Source: a virus
Taxonomy: Duplodnaviria; Caudoviricetes
Strand: one strand, 5' to 3'
Length of the DNA stretch: 31,456 nucleotides
IMG/VR virus record: IMGVR_UViG_3300030376_005233
Location: 1-31,456 of that record
Shown: in pieces, positions 25,759-31,456 of the stretch
How positions within the stretch are numbered: position 1 is the stretch's first letter
Layout of the letters: the number at the start of each line of letters is the position of its first letter
Notes under the pieces: model-generated
Databases searched by the model: none
What the model saw: the letters and a program-made list of their open reading frames with translations, nothing else
What the model was told of the DNA's origin: nothing
Position numbers and translations under genes: made by a program

Positions 25759-26405
25759 CAATGAGACTCCTTCTCTTTCATACACGAGTTAAACAACGGG
25801 CTACCTATCTGGTACTCGTTACACTGGTTAGACATCGCCCGATGTATATCAGCAGGAGATAGCTTAGGTGTAGACACACAGCACTCAGGGCATCGACCAC
25901 ACTTATCCATAACGTATAACTCATGCCACCCTACCGCCCGTAGAGCACTGCCGAGGATCACTTTCAGCTTTAGAGCGCGAGCCTTTACGCGCCTACCGTA
26001 ACCTCTGGAGTATTTCCCGCAGACGTTTCCGCCGTTGTAGTGACACGCCGCCTCGTACCAGCCTTTGTACTTGGTGAGGTACTTCTTTAGAGCACCAACA
26101 CCCGCTACCGTTAGGTCGCAGCCCTTAGCGGTACGACCGGGGCAATGGTACTTAGGTAGCACCTGCATAGCACCGATAGCACCCGCTGAACTCTTAACGG
26201 TAGGAACAAACTTCGACTCTTCGTAGCCGACCGCTACCGCCAACACTACAGGCACGTCCGCATCTACCGCCGCGTCTGCTATCTCAACACACGTCGTAAG
26301 TCTAGCCTCGTAACTCTGGGCCAGCTTCTTATGGTAGCCGGGAGACATACCGGGACTGAATAGCTCAGTAAGAGCAAACATACAGAGTAGAACACTGTTC
26401 ATCAC
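25758..26405 (-). CDS. SLT-family lytic transglycosylase with a hydrophobic N-terminus, Cys-rich
   Basis: Catalytic motif AVGYEESKF, then SSAGAIGAMQVLP and HYNGG (an AYNAG variant). Confidence 0.88.
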   Translation of the reverse strand: MMNSVLLCMFALTELFSPGMSPGYHKKLAQSYEARLTTCVEIADAAVDADVPVVLAVAVGYEESKFVPTVKSSAGAIGAMQVLPKYHCPGRTAKGCDLTVAGVGALKKYLTKYKGWYEAACHYNGGNVCGKYSRGYGRRVKARALKLKVILGSALRAVGWHELYVMDKCGRCPECCVSTPKLSPADIHRAMSNQCNEYQIGSPLFNSCMKEKESH

Positions 26406-26773
26406 TTCACCTCATACCCAAGCTCACGTAACTTTTCGCGAGCGTCCATAGCGCCAAACCCCACAATGCAAACCCAACCGCGAGCCGCTAAGAGGTCCAG
26501 CCATTTCCGTTGTGCCGCGCTTAGCGACGACATACGCCCGTTCTCCCTCTTCATCTCAAGAGCAACTCCCGCAGCACTAGGGGAGTTTGGAGGAGCATCA
26601 AAGATAAGGATGTCCGGTACACCTGCCTGAACACCACTAAGTTTAAGAGAAGCACCCTCACGACGATCACGTCTACCGCCGTTAGGTACATGAGTGAAAC
26701 AGATACCCGAACGTCTCAGAACTTTGGCAATAGCTATCTGCTCTTGTAACTCAGTAGGCACTTTGCTTGGCAT
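26402..26773 (-). CDS. VRR-NUC domain nuclease (putative Holliday junction resolvase)
   Basis: TE..EQ, HVPNGG.R, GV.AGVPD, LEMK and LS..Q..W...L...GW. Confidence 0.92.
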   Translation of the reverse strand: MPSKVPTELQEQIAIAKVLRRSGICFTHVPNGGRRDRREGASLKLSGVQAGVPDILIFDAPPNSPSAAGVALEMKRENGRMSSLSAAQRKWLDLLAARGWVCIVGFGAMDAREKLRELGYEVK

Positions 26774-26775
26774 AT

Positions 26776-27086
26776 TAACAGGTCTCCCGTAAAGAGTCGC
26801 ACGACATCACTACACCTAGCCCTATACCGTACAACGTGAAAGAGCAAAGAAAACGAACACATAGCTTAGGGGTGAACGTTACCGTACCTCTCCACGTAAA
26901 GGCTATCGGCGCAGGCGCAGGCGCGTCTACGACGACAAAGAAAAAGGTACGAAAACATACACCTTGGCTTTTTCTCTTTTCTTTTCGGTTACTTAAGGGG
27001 TGTACCATACTGTACACCGATGCACGGTTATTATGCAACGGCTTACATGTATCCTGTACTATAGCGGTATCGCGTGCGTATCTCAC
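26776..27086. other. Non-coding region downstream of the primase-helicase, candidate replication origin
   Basis: A-tracts facing T-tracts, the palindrome GGTGTAC-N6-GTACACC at 26999-27018, and recurring TACACC. Confidence 0.4.
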
Positions 27087-29378
27087 CTACTCCCCTCCGT
27101 TAGCTACCGCTGCCAAGTGAGGAGTCAGAGTTACTTTGTACGTGTATCCTGCCTTGCCTCGCTTCTTGGTCACGCCTAGTCCTGTGAGTCTCTTGCCGAA
27201 GTTGACCTGTGACATCTGCCTGTGCCCGGTTGCAGATGCCCATTGGACGTAGCAGTTGTATAGCTGAGTAGCCGCCACGCCGGGACCGTCTGGATCGTCC
27301 TCACACCTTGCGTCAACAAACCCAGCGATCTGGTCCGCCGCCTTCCGCCAGTCTTTAACTGCTTTGTCTGAACTCAGAGGAGTAGTGTAGTACCCGCGAG
27401 CCGCCAACTGTGCAGCGCCCTCTACTGCCCACGATGCTATCTGCGATAGTTCATCACATATTATGCGTTGCGCGAGGTGCCGGTCTTGTTCGTGTTCTTT
27501 GAACTCACGTTTGAAGTCGATCACTTGCCAGCGCCGCCAGAAGCCCCGCGACATATCCCTCACACCGGGTAGACTATTGGCGCTGAATAGGTGGGCCGCT
27601 TTAGGGTAGTACGCGAAAGGTGCTTGCCTGATCTCTCTAGCGACTACTTGGTCCCCGGAGATCATCGCCTTGACTGCCTCACTGGCCAGAATGTCCGCCT
27701 CTGGTAGTTCTGCCACCACGTTAAGACGAGCACCGGCTAACATGGCCCGACGATACTCATTATCAAAGTCTTGAGGAGCAACCGCCGTAACACTATCACC
27801 CGGAAAGAGCGCCGTGATGATGCTCTGAATAGTGCTCTTACCGTTAGCGCCCCCGCCTACGAGGATCAGCCCCTTAGCGTACAAAGGGGCACGGTTACAT
27901 AGCGCCGCCCCTACCCACTCTCGGAGTAGCTGAATCCTATCGTCTACGTCTACCTCGTCCCGCCAGCAGTCGCGCAACATCTGAATGAAGGATGAAGGCT
28001 TAGCACCCTCAACAAAAGAGAACGGTAGCCCGGTAGTCTGCCGGTGGTCCGGTGAGAAGTCTTCTTTGTGTACGCCGTCACCGTCTACCCTAACGAACTT
28101 ATCTCGAAACAGGATGCCGTCAGCGCACGAGTCCAACCACCCCCGAAACACCCGCTTCTTGTGAACCAACTTCGATACGTCGTTGGTCAGCCGGTTAGAG
28201 ACCTTCAAAGGCGCTAGCTTTGGGTTACCGTTCCGGTCAATACCACTCATGACCATCTCACCATCGAACCCCACGACAATGCCGTGAAGAGTCTCAGGAT
28301 GCACAACCTCCCAGAGTCCGCGTTTTGTACGGTAGAGCCACAGAGTTGACCTGTCGAACACCATCTCGGTGCCCATACGCTCTAACTCGTCACAGACGTG
28401 ATCGGCTATCTCTACCTCAGAGCCTAACGTGAACCGAGGTCCGTTAAAGACTTGAGCCGGTGAATCGTCCTCCTTTTCGTCGTCAGACGAAGACGAGGAT
28501 ACAGGCTCAGGAGCGTACCGAGTCACCGACCGCGCAATAGTCCGCACCTCCGCATCATCCAGAGGAGGCTCACACCTACCCGCGTTAACAGCACTCAGGG
28601 ACGTGAAGATCTCTTCTTCGTTCATACCCGAACGCCGCAACTTACCGGCTAACCGCGTCAGGTTAACATTGCGAGCCTCTGTGATCTTGTCGTCAATGTT
28701 TAGACCGCTACTTTGCGCCCGGTCTATTCCATCGAACATCGACGCAGGAGCCGCCGCGATAATGCCGGACACGTTCTCTAGGTGCCCGTCTTCCATCCAC
28801 GAGAAGTCCGCGTCAAACCGTAAAGGCACCCCGTCGCGCACGACAAAAGGCAACCGAAAGCAATGGTTCCACCCTTCCGCCTCGACGTCTGCATAGATGC
28901 CGACCTTCTGTGCCTCCGACCGAAGTCCGCGCTGTAACGCCTGAAACTCTGAAGGAGTGACCGAAGCAGGAAGGGTCCAGATTAAACGATAGCCGCCACG
29001 AGTGTCGTACCAACCAACAACATCTGAAGACGGGAGACTATCACGCCTCGCTTGCTGGTCCTTCCGCCAGTCGTCAGGAGCCTCATGGTTAGGACCATCG
29101 ACATCGAGAACAACGACGTCAAAGCGGACAAACGCCTGTAGGTCTTCTATCCACCCGTCGTCCGCGCCTACCCACGGACCCTTGTTTAGGCGCGGACACG
29201 TATCTAACGTGTTGCCGTCTTTGTCCTCTAGGTGGTAACAGCACAACGCCGCATCGTCTGGATACTCCGCAGACAACGCCGCCACAACGTCCACAACGGG
29301 AGACATCTCAACCCTTTCGAGTGACCCCCCGCCGTAGCCCTTTATATAGTGGTTCCTCTGAACCGTTACCTTACCCAT
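27087..29378 (-). CDS. Primase-helicase: AEP-like N-terminus, PriCT-1, D5_N and SF3 helicase (P4 alpha/D5-like)
   Basis: N-terminal VLDVD, TRGGYR and FRLP. PriCT-1 RN..L.RLAG.LRR.G....I...L...N...C.PPL...EV..IA.S..RY. Walker A GGGANGKST, Walker B NVVAE, motif C FSAN.LP, arginine finger GFWRR, and a C-terminal winged helix. Confidence 0.92.
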   Translation of the reverse strand: MGKVTVQRNHYIKGYGGGSLERVEMSPVVDVVAALSAEYPDDAALCCYHLEDKDGNTLDTCPRLNKGPWVGADDGWIEDLQAFVRFDVVVLDVDGPNHEAPDDWRKDQQARRDSLPSSDVVGWYDTRGGYRLIWTLPASVTPSEFQALQRGLRSEAQKVGIYADVEAEGWNHCFRLPFVVRDGVPLRFDADFSWMEDGHLENVSGIIAAAPASMFDGIDRAQSSGLNIDDKITEARNVNLTRLAGKLRRSGMNEEEIFTSLSAVNAGRCEPPLDDAEVRTIARSVTRYAPEPVSSSSSDDEKEDDSPAQVFNGPRFTLGSEVEIADHVCDELERMGTEMVFDRSTLWLYRTKRGLWEVVHPETLHGIVVGFDGEMVMSGIDRNGNPKLAPLKVSNRLTNDVSKLVHKKRVFRGWLDSCADGILFRDKFVRVDGDGVHKEDFSPDHRQTTGLPFSFVEGAKPSSFIQMLRDCWRDEVDVDDRIQLLREWVGAALCNRAPLYAKGLILVGGGANGKSTIQSIITALFPGDSVTAVAPQDFDNEYRRAMLAGARLNVVAELPEADILASEAVKAMISGDQVVAREIRQAPFAYYPKAAHLFSANSLPGVRDMSRGFWRRWQVIDFKREFKEHEQDRHLAQRIICDELSQIASWAVEGAAQLAARGYYTTPLSSDKAVKDWRKAADQIAGFVDARCEDDPDGPGVAATQLYNCYVQWASATGHRQMSQVNFGKRLTGLGVTKKRGKAGYTYKVTLTPHLAAVANGGE

Positions 29379-29592
29379 TGACCGCCTCCTGTCTCGTGTT
29401 CCCGTCCTTGTCTACAAAGTCGCCTAGCCCGACGTCGCCCTCTGTGAGTTCGTGCAACATACCAAGATGCCGAACAGTCGGTAGGTACTCGCCCTCTACC
29501 CACGCATAGATCACTTGACGCGAAACGCCAACACGCGCAGCAACCACCGAAGCGGAGACACCCGCTTTCTTCATCCAGTCTTTCAACGTCAC
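29371..29592 (-). CDS. Cro-like/XRE helix-turn-helix protein (73 aa)
   Basis: Start moved to the GTG at 29592 with a perfect AAGGAGG RBS. TLKDWMKKAGVSASVVAARVGVSRQVIYAWVEG...P is a canonical HTH. Confidence 0.88.
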   Translation of the reverse strand: MTLKDWMKKAGVSASVVAARVGVSRQVIYAWVEGEYLPTVRHLGMLHELTEGDVGLGDFVDKDGNTRQEAVNG

Positions 29593-29641
29593 GCTACCCT
29601 CCTTCTCAGAGCCGAGGCCAAAGCAGTACAGGAGTAGAAAA

Positions 29642-29668
29642 TATCTGTCAAGTGGAGCTTGACAGATA
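29642..29668. promoter_or_regulatory. Perfect 11-bp inverted repeat placing back-to-back TTGACA -35 boxes
   Basis: TATCTGTCAAG-tggag-CTTGACAGATA. Confidence 0.75.
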
Positions 29669-29686
29669 GGGAAACATCCCGATAAT
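29659..29686 (+). promoter_or_regulatory. Sigma70-type promoter P1 (rightward)
   Basis: TTGACA-N16-GATAAT. Confidence 0.65.
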
Positions 29687-29711
29687 GGGACTTCTGACGT
29701 GTCAGGTAGTC

Positions 29712-29739
29712 TTGCAATCTGACAGAACATCGGTATTAT
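29712..29739 (+). promoter_or_regulatory. Sigma70-type promoter P2 (rightward)
   Basis: TTGCAA-N16-TATTAT, 24 nt upstream of the ATG at 29764. Confidence 0.55.
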
Positions 29740-29763
29740 CCACCCTCTGACAAGGACAACGAC

Positions 29764-30093
29764 ATGGACAAAAAGACCCTCAGTTACCTATACGTAGTCA
29801 CGGTTACTGCAAGCCAGTGTCCGCCCTTTCACCGTCGCTTTATGACGGGACTAGCGGCTAGGCAGTGGGCTATCCGCTTTGTTAAGGAGCTTCGCAGCCA
29901 GTCGCCTACCTCCCAGAAAAGCGGTAGCGTCTACGGAAAGAGACGAGTCGTTGTATGGGGTGAGGATATCGGACACACCGAAGTCTTCCTCAATCGCATT
30001 GACGATAAAGAAGAGATCAGCCGTTGGCTTCAGTACCACCTGAACGACGGCCACGACCCACAACCAGAGGAGGCCCCAGATGCTAAGGGATAG
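29764..30093 (+). CDS. Hypothetical early protein (109 aa)
   Basis: AAGGA RBS. First gene after the rightward promoters; overlaps the next ORF. Confidence 0.7.
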   Translation: MDKKTLSYLYVVTVTASQCPPFHRRFMTGLAARQWAIRFVKELRSQSPTSQKSGSVYGKRRVVVWGEDIGHTEVFLNRIDDKEEISRWLQYHLNDGHDPQPEEAPDAKG

Positions 30094-30334
30094 AGACCTA
30101 TCGAGGATTCTAGACAAGCGAGTAACCGACCTAATGACTCAAGGCTTACACGATAAAGCCTACGCTATGGCGGACATGAGAGACCGAGCCTCAGAGCTTG
30201 AGGATCTAGAGAACACGTACAAAGCCAAGATCGAGCGGTTAGAGGACCGCGTAGAAGATCTTGAAGACCAGTTAGCCGACAAAGTTACTGAGCTTTGCCA
30301 CGCGCTAGCCAAGGGGGGGATTAGCCATGACTAA
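30080..30334 (+). CDS. Hypothetical coiled-coil protein (84 aa)
   Basis: GGAGG RBS. Heptad pattern KIERLEDRVEDLEDQL. Confidence 0.75.
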   Translation: MLRDRDLSRILDKRVTDLMTQGLHDKAYAMADMRDRASELEDLENTYKAKIERLEDRVEDLEDQLADKVTELCHALAKGGISHD

Positions 30335-30662
30335 GGCCACTGCACATAAGGGCGACCCGTGTATCTATTGCGGCACGCCTCACGACGACGTTAAGCCCGG
30401 ACCCTGCCCCGCTAGGTTAAAGGTGGTAGAGAAAGCCGTACAAGGCGCTATCTCTGTTACTCTTGAGGCTGCGCTAGACGCCTTTCCTACCGACCTACGT
30501 CTTATCCGCACGATAGTACGAGAAAGAGGACAGCAGCACGCGGTAGCGGCTATTTACGAGATGCTTAAACAGAGTGGAGGTGTAGAGACTGCCATCGCGG
30601 ACATGGGAGACGCTATTGACGGCCTCTACGAGACGTTTAAAGACGTTGGAGTGTCGCCTTGA
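30327..30662 (+). CDS. Hypothetical protein (111 aa) with an N-terminal CxxC...H...C putative zinc knuckle
   Basis: AGGGGGG RBS. CIYCGTPHDDVKPGPC. Overlaps both neighbours. Confidence 0.7.
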   Translation: MTKATAHKGDPCIYCGTPHDDVKPGPCPARLKVVEKAVQGAISVTLEAALDAFPTDLRLIRTIVRERGQQHAVAAIYEMLKQSGGVETAIADMGDAIDGLYETFKDVGVSP

Positions 30663-31456
30663 AGTCTTGGAAGCACGCGAGCGCATCGCAGATAAAGACG
30701 TATCGTCGCTGTGCGCGAAAGTGGCACTGGCAAAAGATCATGGGCAAACAAGATCCGCCCGGTCCCGCCGCTAAACTAGGTAGCGAACTCCACGAGGAAA
30801 TGGAGGAGTATGCCAAAGGCACCCGCGACGAGGCTTCTCTGAATCCTATTGTACGCCCGCTAACTCAGTACATCGCGGCACCGGGTGACATTAACCCGGA
30901 AGACGTAGAGCGAGGCTTTCGCTTTCACCACAAAGACCTAGTGGTGCCTCTGGTAGGCTTTATTGACTTGGTAGAGCCCGGAGATAACCGGGTTACGGAC
31001 TACAAGACCACCAGCGCCTTTCGCTACGCGAAGACATCTGAGGAGCTACGAGGAGACGAGCAGGCTGTAATATATGGCACTGTAGCAAGTGCCAACTGCT
31101 ACGTAGAGTCTCTACCTGTGACATTTAGACACCTCTACGCTCGAACCAAGGGCACGCCTAAGACTCAAGAGGTAGAGGTATCGCTTGACGCGGAGGATCT
31201 AGAGCGCGGGTTTACATCTATCTGCGACACCGTAAAAGAAATGGCGGTAGACGCTGCCAAAGAACCTAAAGAGGTTACACCAAACATTAGCGCGTGCGGA
31301 GACTACGGAGGTTGTCCGTTCCGCGCTGACTGTACGGCACTGGGTGAAAAGTCATTCAGCGCCATATCAACACTCTTTCGCCAGCAAGCGAGCGACAACA
31401 AGGAGAACAAGAGCATGAACTTTCTAGAACGCCTAAACAAGACACGCGCATCGAGT
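30659..31456 (+). CDS. PD-(D/E)XK exonuclease of the Cas4/AddB-like type with an Fe-S cysteine cage, truncated by the window edge
   Basis: Not in the ORF track (no stop within the window). The TTG start overlaps the upstream TGA. My translation shows SASQIKTYRRCARKW, LGSELH, VE, GFIDL, VTDYKT, Q..IY and CGDYGGCPFRADC, i.e. one N-terminal plus three C-terminal cysteines. Confidence 0.9.
   Translation, partial: MKSWKHASASQIKTYRRCARKWHWQKIMGKQDPPGPAAKLGSELHEEMEEYAKGTRDEASLNPIVRPLTQYIAAPGDINPEDVERGFRFHHKDLVVPLVGFIDLVEPGDNRVTDYKTTSAFRYAKTSEELRGDEQAVIYGTVASANCYVESLPVTFRHLYARTKGTPKTQEVEVSLDAEDLERGFTSICDTVKEMAVDAAKEPKEVTPNISACGDYGGCPFRADCTALGEKSFSAISTLFRQQASDNKENKSMNFLERLNKTRASS

Noticed and set aside
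26775-27120. ORFs 26775..27086 (-) and 26836..27120 (+)
   Set aside because: Both have low-complexity translations and cross A/T tracts and palindromes, so the region is better explained as non-coding. The - ORF does fill the gap exactly, so it cannot be fully excluded.
447-29509. Numerous + strand ORFs of 60-180 aa opposite the long - strand genes
   Set aside because: They are antisense shadows (Ser/Phe/Leu-rich mirrors of Glu/Lys-rich genes) with no RBS or domain motifs.
29593-29730. N-terminal extension of the HTH ORF given in the ORF track (similar extensions at 17485, 17813, 22419, 25148 and 25785)
   Set aside because: Downstream starts have clear Shine-Dalgarno sequences and avoid overlap with promoters or upstream genes.
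1-31456. Stop-codon reassignment (TAG is very frequent in the DNA)
   Set aside because: Genes are full length and tightly packed under the standard code, and several end in TAG just before the next RBS or start.

Overview
This is a 31.5-kb segment of a tailed dsDNA phage genome, with no host genes, integrase, RNA genes or CRISPR array seen. A divergent promoter region at about 29.6-29.76 kb splits it into two arms. The short + strand arm holds three small ORFs and a Cas4/AddB-like PD-(D/E)XK nuclease that runs off the right edge. The 29.6-kb - strand arm runs, in transcription order: Cro-like HTH, primase-D5/SF3 helicase, a candidate origin, VRR-NUC nuclease, SLT lytic transglycosylase, TerS, TerL, HTH-metallophosphoesterase, several putative structural genes including a beta-helix protein, two giant proteins, a Twort/SPO1-like portal, a SNF2 ATPase, two small head-module proteins, a MuF protein, and the start of a probable prohead protease at the left edge. 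The most striking feature is the set of three giant proteins (1219, 1977 and 1216 aa) flanking the portal. They have unrelated C-terminal cargo but share an N-terminal leader, share linker motifs, and have K-[S/A/G] sites near their termini, which suggests a capsid-loaded, protease-matured, injected effector system. The cargo includes a ring-less beta-clamp (DnaN) fragment that keeps the client-binding pocket, an LPD5/zincin/LPD1 module, a degenerate AAA+ domain and a SNF2 ATPase. The DNA also appears to avoid AATT and CCWGG almost completely while being rich in CTAG. All family assignments come from motif recognition by eye; no searches were run.
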